From Octopus vulgaris (lineage: Eukaryota): DNA of 64,000 bases. Below the pieces are notes generated by a model, which was given only the letters and a program-made list of their open reading frames with translations, did not search any database and was not told the origin of the DNA. Of this stretch, positions 12,655 through 25,770 are shown in pieces (the stretch's first letter is position 1; each line of letters starts with the position of its first letter). The stretch spans positions 156,798,001 to 156,862,000 of the forward strand of contig OX597817.1 in NCBI GenBank assembly GCA_951406725.2, read 5' to 3'. The translations under genes and the position numbers were made by a program.

Positions 12655-12780
12655 TTACCAGAAAAATTAAAGCTAAAATAACCAAATGGCTGCATCAGTA
12701 TAACATGATAGAAAATCAGTGATCTGAATATATAACTTAATTCATATCAAATTTCAAGTGTCCCCCAGTTGGGACACATG
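12655..12780 (-). pseudogene. Decayed third SNORD58-like copy
   Basis: Aligns to the intact copies (gaaaatca...atataacttaat...aagtgtccc) but D box is CAGA and the C box is lost. Confidence 0.55.
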
Positions 12781-13882
12781 AAACTCCTAAATATGTTTAT
12801 TATCTTAACGTAAATCCTCTAACAAAGATAAATATTCAGCAAATATTTCACCTGCGGGTTAAGTAGCTCACCAAACAGTACTACTTAAAAACAGAGGTCC
12901 CTAAAAACTAACCCCAATCCTCCGAGACTTCTGTATTTAAGGTGGTGGCCACCATAGTACGTATAAGAAAAAACACTCAGTATTAAACTAGACTGCCCAG
13001 CTGTCTCTAATATTGGAAATAGAATGAGTCTGGTTAATCTGAGAACACAATACTAGTGGCATAAGCGTTTCGGGGTAATTATTTCAGTACTATTTGTACC
13101 TAAGATATTTTATCACCAATCGACCTATCAGCAGAAAATTCTTGCAGAGAGGCACCACATCCCACTTTATCACTCTTCCTCGTAAAAAATTTCAGATTTC
13201 CTATTGCAATTTTCGGAGAAAAAAAATTCCAATTTTTATTTTCTCTTTAACTCGCTTATATATTTTTTTTTTTTTTTCGAAATTTATTTTGGTGGCACCA
13301 CAGTTGAAAATATGGAAATTCTGATTCTAAAAATAATCAAACTTTCCATACCTATAACTTTCCATTTTCAATTTGTGATGAAAAAAGACAAAGAATGCCA
13401 GAAAGTTTTTCATATTACTAAGAAATTTTAGTGGCAACATGCAACGGCCAAGTAACAATTTACGTAAATTCGGAAACGTTGTTTAAACTAGTACTCATTA
13501 TACGGCATGGTCTATATTCCATATTTAAATCGTGAAAAGGACAGAAACGATTTACTTATAACTTACAAAGGTTTCGCTATATTGTTCCTTATACAGTCCC
13601 GGTTAACAAAAGTAAGATGCGTAAAAATATAACGTGAATAGAAAAAAATTAAATGAATGTGCTGCTGGAAGTACGATTTTAACAATAGTACATGGCATGA
13701 GAGCTGATAAATTTCTCAGTTGCGACAGTAATAAAACCACATATGAAGCACGATATTACGACTGATATAATCCAACTCAAAGACGTTCCAACCAAGACAA
13801 TCCTGTCTCATATACATCGTCGAATGGGTCCTTTTCAAAATAGATTGCTATCTGAGGAAAATTTGACTGTTGTTTCTTCCAT

Positions 13883-13924
13883 GGTACTTGTAGCAAACCG
13901 GGACCACTCTGCGATACAAGTACC
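13883..13924. mobile_element. 42-bp minimal TIR element with 9-bp TSD
   Basis: ggtacttgta...tacaagtacc flanked by ttcttccat at 13874-13882 and 13925-13933. Confidence 0.8.
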
Positions 13925-14409
13925 TTCTTCCATTAAGATTTTTTTAAATGTTCAATCTGGGACAACTGCGCCTCTATTCACAGAACTTAAATCTTACCCA
14001 ATGCGTCCTTACTTCTCAGATGGTACATGACAGAAATCTGGGCAGTCGTCTAATTATTTAATGATAAACTTCTTATACGTTAATGTATTATTACTTCGTA
14101 ACTAAGTCGCAATCCTAAAATTAAAAGTATAAAATAACCTACATGCTTTCTATTTACAATTAAAATATATAAATTTAAAACGACAAAAGTGAATCTCGCG
14201 CAGAGAGAGAATCCATGCTTGAGAAAGTACTCCACGTGAAGAAAGTCAATCATCTAACGGACTCGCTGCCGAATGATATGGCGTATTAAAAACATTATAA
14301 GAGACATAACTAAGTCGACAATAGAATAAATCAACAAATAGACATAAAATTAACATTATATACAACATTAAACAAGCATTTAGGACAATTTTAGTCAGAG
14401 AAATCTTAC

Positions 14410-14449
14410 CTGCAATGTAGTGCAATGGCGGATCCCGACTAAAAGGAAG
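14410..14449 (-). other. RPS27A: RPS27A non-coding exon 1 with 5'-terminal oligopyrimidine (TOP/TCT) start
   Basis: Minus strand cttccttttagtcgggatccgccattgcactacattgcag|gtaaga: pyrimidine tract start, YY1-like CCGCCAT and strong donor. Confidence 0.85.
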
Positions 14450-14525
14450 AATGCCTCGTTTTCACTAAGAACAACCACGTGATCAAGATAGACCTCTTAC
14501 TCTCGAAACGAAACGTTTCGTTTTT
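14450..14525 (-). promoter_or_regulatory. RPS27A proximal promoter
   Basis: E-box CACGTG at 14476-14481 and 18-bp palindrome at 14506-14523 immediately upstream of the TOP tract. Confidence 0.55.
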
Positions 14526-16547
14526 TTGTATTTGCCAGTCGTTTATTATCATTAAAGTTTTTTAATAGGGTATTTTTATATTGTAAATATTTTGAAATAA
14601 TATCGTAAACATATACGGTTTCATTTTGTTGATTCGTTACTTATAGGAAAAAAATGTTCTCCCTTATTAATGCAACGTGTGTGCGTGTGCGTTAATGCTG
14701 TCCGAAAAGTCCTCCACTCAGCTCAAACAGTTGAGAAGAGAATATTTTTGTCATGATAATCTTCATAGCGGTTGTAGAAACAAAATTAAATGGCTCAGGC
14801 TTTTTAACTCGAAATAATATGGACACTGCTGGTTGTCGACAAACTCGAGTCCAGCATCGAACAGCTCTGAAAAATAAAATGACCACACGAAAAGGGTTCT
14901 CGTAACAGGTGTAGTGAGGGCTGCATTTTCTGGGAAAGATACCCCATAAATAGGTATCTCCAACACGGCATTGACTTCGAAGTGAGGAAGTCTGTTATCT
15001 GATCTAAGTTGCCTGAGACACCAATTTCCATTAGTTATCGGCTGGTGTCACTTCGTATTTCCCTTAGCAGACCCACTATTTCACGTTTGAGCACGGCCTC
15101 ACCTTTCCCAGCACCAACTTTCAGTATAATATACATAAAGATTTCATAAATAGATCTAAGATTGAAACACTGACATCTTATTGACATCGTTTTCTGGTAG
15201 ATAGGACTGAAAGATGTTCTGCTTACGTCTCTATTTTTTATCTTTTACTTGTTTCAGTCATAAGACTGGCCATGAAGAATTTTTAGTTGAATGAATCAAC
15301 CCTAGTGATTATACTTTTTTTAAGCCTTGTACTGATTCTATCTGTCTCTTTTGCCAAACTGCTAATTAACAGGGATGTAAACATACCAACACTGGTTGAC
15401 AAGCAGGGGTGGCAGACATACACATACATATAAGATGGATTTCTTTCTGTTTCTGTCTCCCAAATCCATTCACAAGTCTATTCTAGGAGCCTGAAGCTAT
15501 AGTACAAAATAGTTGGCTATGGTGTGGAGAAATATACACTTATAGAGAGAAACAAAAGCCCTTACTAATATCATGTGGTTGGGAAGCAAACGTTTTACCA
15601 CACAGCCACACCTGCATCTACATGAGTATTGAAAAGAACTGGCGATTGGATAGACCATTCCATGATGCTAACATTTGTACTCCTTACAGCATTTAAGAGG
15701 ATCAACAGCTGCAAGCTTTTCAGTCCTGATATTTGTAAGAGCTTTTGTTATTCTCTAGCTCTAAGTTAAAAGCTTCAGGGCTTCAGAGACAGCTTTCGCC
15801 TCAGAGATTACATTTGAAAAATGGCCTTCCTTAAGCTCTATACTTATGATTCTTTTGCTAAAACTATATGATTCAAGACAAAATCTAAAAAAAACACAAG
15901 TCAAGAACAGTTTGTCGAGAACTCCTGCAGCACAACTGGTAACTCCTGAATGAAATATGCAAGTTCAACAGAGCAACTCTGAACAATCCCTCATTGCACA
16001 CACACAAAAAGCAGTGGCAAACTCTACAAGGTGAGACTCAATCCTTACATTTGCTGAAAAATGAAGGGTGAATTGCAAAAGCTTCAGAAATCAGATGCCT
16101 GCAGACCCGTATGACTTGCAATTTCTGTGATGCAATAGAAACTTTATGGCTCTGGAAATTGTTACACAGCATCAGTCTAATCATCTGAAAGCAAGTTTAT
16201 TTTGATTGACCAGTCCTCAATAGTGGATCACTGGGGAAAACATTTCAACCAACCCATAAGCCAGACACCATGCAGTCATGGAAGAATTCATGAAAGCACT
16301 ATCATTTCATAATGACAGCTTGCCTTGGAGAGCTACCAATTATACTGAAGTTCGTGTTGCCAGAACATCAAAAAGCTAGAAATCTTCTTGACTGTATAAC
16401 ATTCTAATAGGGATCTTGAAAGAGGGTGGTTACTTCCGTACAAGAGAGGTTCATTGCTACATTGGGAAATATAGAGTGTGTGCATCAACATTGGAAGTAT
16501 GCTAACATTGTCACCATCTACAAAATAAAAGAGACAAACCTGTTTAA

Positions 16548-16772
16548 GAGCTGGCAGAAACGTTAGCACACTGGGCGATATACGTAGTCGTATTTTGTCT
16601 GCCGTTACGTTCTGAGTTCAAATTCCACCGAGGTCAACTTTACCTTTCATCCTTTCGGGGTTGATAAATTAAGTACCAGTTACGCACTGGGATCGATGTA
16701 ATTGACTTAATCCCTTTGTCTGTCCTTGTTTGTTCCCTCTGTGTTTAGCCCCTTTTGGGTAGTAAAGAAATA
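16548..16772 (+). mobile_element. SINE family C (agctggcagaaacgttagcac...), also at ~22680-23090, 37690-37900, 47730-47980(-), 49768-50000, 50045-50215
   Basis: Repeated many times in the window; B-box-like gagttcaaattcc. Confidence 0.8.
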
Positions 16773-17769
16773 TATAACAAAAGGGTTATAGCAATCCTGT
16801 CCATTGCTTGGAAGATCCTTACCAAAGTCAACTTCAAAAGGTTAGTTAAATCAGTGTCAAAATGACATTACACCAGGATCACAATCCAGCTTTTGGCAGG
16901 TTCAAGAATTACTTGATATTGTGGAAGATAATGGTGTCACATAACTGGCACTTGTGCCAGTGGCATGCAAAAGCACCTATTGGACTCTTGGGGTGGTTGG
17001 CATTAGGAAGGGCATCCAGCTGTAGAAAACATGCCAAATCAGACTTGAGCCTGATGCAGACCCTCAACTTACCAGCCCTGGTCAAACTGTCTAATCCATG
17101 CCATCATGAACAATGGATGTTAAATGGTGATGATGATGATCTTCATTACATGGGAGCTCCAAAGAGTAATATCAGGATCTGATCTTTCCATTTGTGAATC
17201 TGTCAAAGGCATTTGATAATGTAAATGGAGAGCTTGTGTGTGATGCTCTCAAAGTTTGGTTGTTGTCCAAATTTCTGAAACTTTTCTGCTAGTTTCACAC
17301 TAGGACGATGATTTATATTGCTATTGGACAGCAACAAACAATCCATGTCCCTCAGTATAAAAACCAGTGTTAGACATAAGTACTGACTAATGTACTGTTA
17401 AATATTTTCTTTATCTGTATGACTTCTCTGTTATTCACAAGGCTGAAAACAGATAGGAGTCACTATTCAACATAAATATTTTTGACCTCCATAGCTGCTG
17501 GCCCTTGCCAAGCTCAGATTCAATCAAGTCATTGAATTACAGTTATGCTGGTGGTTGTTTTCTAGTAGCTCATGCTCTAGAGATGCTATGGACCATCATT
17601 TCAGCTGCTGTTCACAGCATGAATGACAGTTATTGTCCAGAAATCTTAAGTCATCTGTCAATTGCACACCACAACCAGTGCTGTCTTAAACCATGGATAT
17701 ACTGGCCAATTACCAGGGGCGGGAAGACTCACAGGGCTACAGACCCAATTCTTATCTATATGCTTGACT

Positions 17770-18367
17770 AGAGACCGAAACCTATGGAAGTATGCTATGC
17801 GTGAGAAGACCCGGCAGGACAAGTGAGACCATAAACCATGGCCTCTACCTGGGATGTAGCCAGTCCACTTATGCATACCTTTCCTTCTTGGGACCCAAAA
17901 CTCTACTTGTGAAGACCTGTTGAGGTAAGTGAGAATCGAAATCGATCAACATCAATGGAAATTGTAGCTGAGATACCAGTGCCGGTGGCACGTAAGCGAA
18001 CCATCCAAACGTGGCCGTTGCCAGTGCCGCCCTGACGGGCCTCCGGGCCAGTGGCACATGAAAAGCACCATCCGACCGTGGCCGTTTGCCAGAAGCACCA
18101 TCCGATCGTGGCCGTTGCCAGCCTCGCCTGGCCCCCGTGCCGGTGGCACGTAAAAAGCACCATCCAACCATGGCCGTTTGCCAGCCTCATCTGGCACGTA
18201 AAAAGCACCTACTACACTCACGGAGTGGTTGGCGTTAGGAAGGGCATCCAGCCGTAGAAACATTGCTAGATCAGACTGGGCCTGATGCAGCCTTCTGGCC
18301 TCCCAGACCCCAGTTGAACCATCCAACCCATGCTAGCATGGAAAATGGACGCTAAATGATGATGATG
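17770..18367 (+). mobile_element. Repeat family D: 5'-truncated RTE-type LINE 3' end with internal tandem hairpin units and (GAT)n tail
   Basis: Starts with DRNLWKYAMREKTRQ-like coding remnant, ends aaatgatgatgatg. Other copies ~16920-17140, 19385-19843, 21411-21740(-), 26843-27083, 29771-30203(-), 34772-34940(-), 37900-38370(-), 39409-39716(-), 43324-43695(-), 46160-46443, 49545-49761, 50221-50465(-), 55380-55997. Confidence 0.75.
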
Positions 18368-18696
18368 AGTACTGTAGTTTGCTGCCGGTAAATAACTACC
18401 ATAGGGCCCTCTTCAGTTATTTGCTTGGGGGCCTATAATGTCGCTACACACTTTCTCTCATCTTTCTCTGTACAACAGCAATAACTAGCTACACCTACCC
18501 AATCCAGATACTTATGCTTCATCATTTCTAATGCACACTGAACGAGAAGGTTTTAAACTGCTTCAGACTGGCCTCTGTATCTTTTGGAAGACAAAAAAGG
18601 AGTTATTTTAAAAACAACCATCTTTGTCTCCATAGCAGAATAGTGTTTCTACTCTCCTGTATTGGTGTATGACATAGACCTCATACATCCAACACA

Positions 18697-18895
18697 TTAA
18701 CCCTTTCATTGCCAACCTGGCTGAAACCAGCTCTGGCACTGAGTACAAATGTTTTGTTTTCATAAGTTTTCAATTAAAATCTTCCACCAAACCTTAGTCA
18801 CAATTTATGCTCCTAACAATAGCTTAATGATAACTAAGTTATTTTACTAAATTCTTTGTTATATCTCAAAATAAATACAGTAACAAAAGGATTAA
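18697..18895. mobile_element. piggyBac-type MITE
   Basis: TTAA-CCCTTT left end; homologous to 51375-51602. Confidence 0.75.
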
Positions 18896-21800
18896 GACTT
18901 TGGTGACCTTTAACATCTAGTAGCTCCAGAAGATCCTTTCAACCACCCAGTAAAATTATATTATTCACAGAAAACCTCTGTTGAATTCACACTGTACGCA
19001 TTATCTTACACTATCTTGGACTGCAATGAGATGATGTGGTGCATTCATCCTGTTTTGAAAGCAGTACTTTTTGGTATTGGAGACAACACACACACTTGTG
19101 TGCAAAAATATTACAGACAAAAAGAATAATTGAGAGAGAGACATTAAAATTTATTAATTAAACGTGTTTGACATGAACACTTTCCCTCTTCTCATACTCT
19201 CAGAGAAATATGGTCACACATATAGAGAGAGAGAGGTGCATAAGAATAAGAGAAACATTGTTAAGTAAGTCAGCACTGAATCAGCGATGTCAAGTAAGTG
19301 ATGCCAAAACAGCTGTGCCAAACATCTCATACATGGCTTGGATGTATAATGTGCATATTTGATGTGCATTTTCCCCTATGGTATTGGCATCCATGCTAGT
19401 GGAGTGCTAAGAGTACCATACGAGCATGATTGTTGCCAGAGCAACAAGCTTGCCTCTGTGCCGATGGCATGTAAAAAACACTATTCGAGTGTGATCATTA
19501 CCTGCATTGCCTTACTGGCACCTGTGCTAGTGGCGCATGAAAAAACATTTGAGTGAGGTCATTGCCAATGCCGCTGGACTGGCTCCTGTGCAGGTGGCAC
19601 ATAAAGATCCACCATTTGAGTGTGGCCATTGCCAGTACCGCCTGACTGGCCCTCGTGCCGGTGGCACGTTAAACGAACCCACTACACTCTTGGAGTGGTT
19701 GGTGTAAGGAAAGGCATCCAGCTGTAGAAACTCTGCCAGATCAGACTGGAGTCTGGTGCAGCCATCTGGTTTGCCAGACCTCAGTCAAATCGTCCAACCC
19801 ATGCTAGCATGGAAAGCCGACGTTAAACGATGATGATGATGATGTATTCTATGACCAGCTGCACTATGGCCAAAGTCTGCCTGAGTAACCAAAGGTGCAG
19901 TACAAAGATCAACTAAAGACCACTTTGGTGAGGAGTAAGTGGTCTGAGTCCATAATGTGATCTAGACAAGAGAATATGTAGCTTAGTAATGTCATGTATG
20001 AGTACTTTTGCAATTTTTGAGTACATTTCTGTGTGAGAGTACTTCACTTGGACTTTTAGTGAGCTCTACAATTGTTATGATTTTGTTGTTTTTACATTCT
20101 GGAATTTAGCTGTGACAGAATGACTGACTAGCTATTCAGCTCCAGTCAACTCAGTTTGAGCAAACTTATGAAAAAAATGCATTAGAGTTATGGCCATTCT
20201 ATATTTTTTCTTATACAGCTTATTGAAAATCACATTATCTAATGTCTCCTTTTTTTTTAATATGTCAGCGTGTGGTATTAATGTTGGTGATCTAAAATCC
20301 ACTCTTTAATTCAAACTTATTTTTAAAACTTAACTTTGAAATTTTACTCAGTATTTTACTATCAACACCAGAAGATTTCATTGAACAAATTGTTGTCAAT
20401 AAAGGACAGCAACAGCCAATCAGATTTCAGAAGTCAAAATTCATCTAAAATTTACCTATGAATTTAAATTCATCAAAACAGCTAAATAAGTTGCATTTGC
20501 TGATTTGATCGTCACATCAACAGAGACATTAAGGCTGCACAGTAGCAGTCGACAAGGCATGTATAACAATTAAATAAAAAAAATTTTGTCTATATCTTCG
20601 ATCACTGTCATTATTCCATTGAGTCAACCTCATTATTTTCTACATAGCAGACCGTTACATAAACAGCAAAGGTAATCTTTCGTTTTAACTCGAAATAATG
20701 TAAACACTGAATCGGCCATACATACATACATACACACACTCACATACATGCATACATACATATACACATACACCGAGTAAAAAATTTCAGTTATCTCTCT
20801 CTTTCACACATTACTCTCTCTGTCTCTTCACACACACTAACAGAAGCACTTCACTTACACAACATACTTTCTGTCTCCCACACCCCATCAAACACACACA
20901 CACACACACACACGCACATACACACATGTACATCAATGCTTCCCATGCACGGTAACTTCAAAAGAACTTCCCTCGTCATACAATCGCTTTCTCTTAGTCT
21001 CTTTCGCTCTCATTACTTCAAAAGTTCCCGCAAACCCATATGTAAAAAAAAAAAATTTTTTACGGATATCGACGGAAAGGTCTACTAGAGACGAAAGATT
21101 GCCATCATAGACAATTGGAGCCTCATGCAACTCTCCAGCTGGTTGGCTCCTGTCTAACTGTCCATGCCAGCATGGAAAATGGACATTAAACGATGATGCT
21201 GAAGCAAATTATGGTATTTCAGGATTTTCCATATAGGAGCCCTCTCCCAGTCCTCTACTACAGTATTTAAGATTTGTGGCAGAGCTAAAAACATACCAAC
21301 AATGGCATCCTTTTTGAATTCAAGGTATCCACATGTTGTCCAATAGTAAAGGGTAAGCTCATTGGCCTCTTCTTATTCCTTGACTGGTTCCAGAACTGGA
21401 GGGATGTTTCATCATCATCATCATCATCATCGTTTAACGTCCGTTTTCTGCCCTAGCACGGGTTGGAAGGTTCGACTGGGGTCTGGGGAGCCAGGGGCTG
21501 CTCCAGGCTCCAGTCTGATCTGGCAGTGATTCTACAGCTGGATGCCCTTCCTAACGCCAACCACTCCGCGAGTGTAGTGGGTGCTTTTACGTGCCACCTG
21601 CACAGGTGCCAGAGGGGTCTGGCATCGGCCACGGTCGGTTGGTGCTTTTTATGTGCCACAGGCACAGAAGCCAGTTGAGGCGGTGCTGGCATCAGCCACG
21701 TTCGGATGGTGCTTTTTATGTGCCACCGGCACAGAAGCCAAAATTCATTATACTGTTAAATTTATCCCCTGCACCAAGCAAGTGACCTGCCTTTTTTTAT

Positions 21801-22099
21801 TCATTACCATGAGATGATGGGGTGCTACTACAGCTTGACCCTAGTCATTGACTCATGATTCTGAGAGCAAAGTAAGGCTCTTGGTCAGCCTTGGAGCCAT
21901 GGCTGGTGATGCTGATGGAACTAAAACTTCTGCTGTTGTTGTTGTTGAGCAAACGGTCTTCTTCCAAGAGCTCACAAGATGGGAGACGACCGAAATGTGG
22001 TCCTTTGCTATTCGTAAGACCCACAGAAGAAAAGCAGGTCAACTCCCGATACCGAGAGCATCGATGGATGGATGAATGCGCATCCAGGCTCAGCAGTTG

Positions 22100-22312
22100 C
22101 GTAGGAAGTCAGGGACAAGAAACAGGAAGAAAGAGTGAGAGAAAGTTGGGGCAAAAGAATACAACAGGGGTCACCACCACCTCCTGCCAGAGCCTCGTGG
22201 AGCTTTAGGTGTTTTCGCTCAATAAACACACACAACGCCTGGTCTGGGAATCGAAACTGCGATCCTCCGACCACGAGTCCGCTGCCCTAACCACTGGGCC
22301 ATTGCGACTCCA
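22100..22312 (-). mobile_element. SINE family B, 5' part
   Basis: tRNA-like head homologous to 9890-10276. Confidence 0.8.
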
Positions 22313-23339
22313 CTGCTGCTGCTGTTGTTGGTTCTACTGCTCTTTCTTTCCCCACTTTTTGAGCTCTTCAGAGGCTTTGATAGAAAACTCTCACATGGTC
22401 CTTATTGACACCTATGTTGCAGTCAAGCCTTTTGCCTAGAAGTAACACCCTTTCTTTCCACACTTTCAATGGAACACTGCTTTGACATGTCCTGTTATCT
22501 TTGGGTGTCACTGAAACTTCACCTGACCATATACCATTCTTGGCCACTAACTTCTCTTGTTATACTCCAAACATGGTGACAATCCAAGGATCAGTATCAT
22601 TATCAATATCCTTGACAGTGGTTTCATATTTTGCTACATTAAATATTGTAGAACCATTGTGAGGGCAGGTGTAAAATGCCTACAAAATGCTTAGTGGAAT
22701 TTCATCTGTCCTTATATTCTGAAATTCTGGTGAGGTAAACTTTGCTTTACATCATTTTGAGGTTGAGCACAGAGGCTGATCTTATTGACTTAACTCTTCT
22801 CCCAAAATTGTTGGCCTTGTGCCAAAATCTGAAGCCATTATTATTATTAATAATAATAATAATGATGATATGAAGGTGGCAAGCTGTCAGGATCATTGGC
22901 ATAATGGATAAAATGCTTAGTGGAATTTTGATCATTTTTACTTTTTGAGTTCAAATTCTGCAGAGGTCAACTTTGCCTTTCATACTTATGGGGTTGATGA
23001 TATAAACAGGAGTTGAGCACTGAGGTTAATCTAACCGACTAACCCTCTTCCCTAAAATTTCAGGCCTTGTGCCTATAACAGAAAGGATCATCATCATCAT
23101 ATTCTTAAAAATGAAACACTCATCAGAAGATATAGTCTAAGATATACTTCTTCCATCTCCTCCTCCTCTGCCACCGTCACCACCACCACCACCTTCCAAT
23201 CAATCATTGGCTCTTTTTTCTGATATAAATAAATCTATTTTATGTACTGTTATTGCCACTGGTAACTGTCTGCCTCAGAAGACAAAAGTGCATTGAGGTG
23301 ACACTCGTGTGTGTGTGTTCATGATGATGATGATGATGT

Positions 23340-23500
23340 CTGGAAAGTGAACAGTGTAAGTCAGATACATGCTTGTGTGTGTAGGAGGGGAGAAAATCAG
23401 GTGTAGTGTTGGTGAATCTCAGGAAACATGGAAGTTTTGAAGGATGCGGTGCTCCGACAACTAACAACTGATGCCGGCAATTTGTTCCATGCTTCGATAC
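23340..23500 (-). mobile_element. CR1-like LINE 3' end fragment
   Basis: Homologous to 29140-29290. Confidence 0.7.
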
Positions 23501-24142
23501 ATCATCATCATTTAATGCTGGCATGTGCATGAATGTGTGTATATATTTATACACACATGCATATATATGTATCATCATTGCTGTTACGCCTGGCACGAGT
23601 TGGATGGGTTGTCACAGTCAGAATTAAGATATATTTGAGAGCATTGTTCATCTAGACAGGCCAGAACACACTTTCAGAATCCTCGCGTGGCAGGACATTA
23701 CATTAACCAGCTAAATATGGTAATTAAAAGGAAGAAATGCCGAGTAAAATAAACTGGTTTTGCTGGAACAACCTCAGCAATACCTGAACAGAAAGAGGCA
23801 GTTCAAGCTTTGCTTGGATGAGAGGAAATCAATGCTCATATAAAAGAAAATTCGTTTGGGCAACGTGATGGTCCCATTTTAGACTAGAGAACGGAAAACT
23901 TTTAGACAGGTGCAGCTAATGTACTTAGATCTACGGATACGTTGCCATGGGAGGCAACTCTTCTTTCCCCTCTTTCAAAATAGATAAATTTCATCACATT
24001 TTTAGTTTAATTCTGTTTTTTATCACCACTGGGCTAACTAGAATTGTGTATTCACCTCCTGCATAAAATAGGCCATGTGCTTCTAGCCTGCACGTCTGAA
24101 GAGTTGTCAGTACTGTTAAATGCAATTGTAGGCGGGAAAAGG

Positions 24143-24676
24143 CGAGCTGGTAGAAACGTTAGCACGCTGGGCGAAATGCTTAGCGGTATTTCGTCCAGCC
24201 GAGGTCGACTTTGCCTTTCATCCTTTCGGGGTCGATAAATTAAGTACTAGTTACGCACTGGGGTCGATGTGATCGACTCAACCCGTTTGTCTGTCCTTGT
24301 TTGTCTAGCCCCTTTTGGGCAATAAAGAAATAGGTATTTCGTCTGCCGCTTACGTTCTGAGTTCAAATTCTGCTGAGGTCAACTTTGCCTTTCATCCTTT
24401 CGGGGTCGATTAAATAAGTACCAGTTACGCACTGGGGTCGATATAATCGACTTAATCCGTTTGTCTGTCCTTTCTGTGTTTAGCCCCTTGTGGGTAGTAA
24501 TGAAATAGGTATTTCGTCTGTCTTTACGCTCTGGGTTCAAATTCTGCTGAGGTCAACTTTGCTTTTCATCCTTTCGGAGTCGATAAATTAAGTACCAGTT
24601 GCGTACTGGAGTCGATCTAATCGACTGGTCCCCTTCCCCAAAATTTCAGACCTTGTGCCTAGAGTAGAAAAGAATT
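24143..24676 (+). mobile_element. Tandem multimer of SINE family C bodies
   Basis: One head followed by three successive ggtatttcgtc...gaggtc(g/a)actttgc...gtcgat units. Confidence 0.8.
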
Positions 24677-24875
24677 GTAGGCGGGACCTGGTGGTATCTT
24701 TTTGACTGGAATTTACTACTCAGAAATATGAAAGTGTGTGTGTGTGTGTGTATGTACGTACGATAGTAATGCGCTGGAAAGTGAGTAATCAACACTTTAT
24801 ACCAATCGGTGTTAAATGTTGTACCATTACTGTTTGTGCTCAATCATACAGAATCATAGCAATTTTTATTACTTA

Positions 24876-25263
24876 CTAGCAGGATCGCCCGGCGTTGCTC
24901 GGGTTTGTAAGGGAAATAACTATATAAGCAGTTTTAGAGAGAGAATAATAGCAAAAAATACATTAAAAATGTGAAAAAAATTATGGTAAATTTTTTTTTA
25001 AATCGTTGACTCATCGTAGACATTTTTAGAGAGTTACTTCCCTTATATTAAAACAAAATGCATTAAAATGGAAAAAAAATGATGGTAAATTATTTTTAAA
25101 ATCGTAGACTCGTCGTAGACGCGCGCTAATACCCAGAAGGGCTCGATATGAATCACGACTATAAGATACCCGGTTTTGGTTACACTGCACCGCAAAATGT
25201 GGGAGTAGTTAGAAATCTAAATCGTAGGAGACAGACACACAACTTCACTTTTATATATAAAGA
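24876..25263 (-). mobile_element. Non-autonomous Helitron, family H2
   Basis: 5' TC(tttatatataaaa), 3' hairpin cccgagcaacgccggg then CTAG, inserted at A^T; second copy 61103-61481. Confidence 0.85.
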
Positions 25264-25720
25264 TTTCAATCACAGATAGAATGACACAAACATAGCAACC
25301 AAATTTGTTTGGCTGAAACGAACGAAATGCCAGGAAAGATTTTGCAGAGAAACAAATGGCGTAAAGACAAGGGGTAAATTAAATAGATGTCAGGGACGTA
25401 ATCGTTTAGTGATTATGATGTCTGGTTATTTCCCTTGTATTGCATACTTAAGGCAGAGGTAAAGTGGTGAATAAGGTGGATGCACTATTTGCCTTTATCA
25501 TCTGATGGAATTTGTTGAAGAGCATTTTCTACAGTAGGGTGCCCTTCCTGTTACCAACCCACCACTTGTTTTCCGAGCAAAGTAATAGCTTTCCATAGCT
25601 AGACATATTTTTCACAGATGACTGGGAATGAACAACATCGTTTGTATAACAATGACAGTCATTTACGACCATTGTGTGATGTGATGTCTAGACAAGGGTA
25701 TACACAAACATAAACACACA

Positions 25721-25768
<48 letters not shown>

Positions 25769-25770
<2 letters not shown>

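Larger units (their letters stand above)
15640..19990 (+). mobile_element. Old, fragmented RTE-like LINE interrupted by younger repeats
   Basis: Residual motifs ANIVTIYK (~16500), AILSIA.KILTK (~16790), FV.LSKAFDNV (~17190), a decayed QYADD-like stretch (~17535) and VFY.QL..G (~19845). Confidence 0.65.

Noticed and set aside
13743-14030. 95-aa ORF antisense in RPS27A intron 1
   Set aside because: No recognisable domain and it spans a mini-transposon insertion.
14690-15130. Possible divergently transcribed gene next to the RPS27A promoter
   Set aside because: Only short ORFs with no recognisable homology or convincing splice sites; cannot be excluded without RNA data.
17975-18215. CRISPR-like regularly spaced repeats
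   Set aside because: Eukaryotic context, spacers are themselves homologous, no cas genes; internal tandem units of repeat family D.
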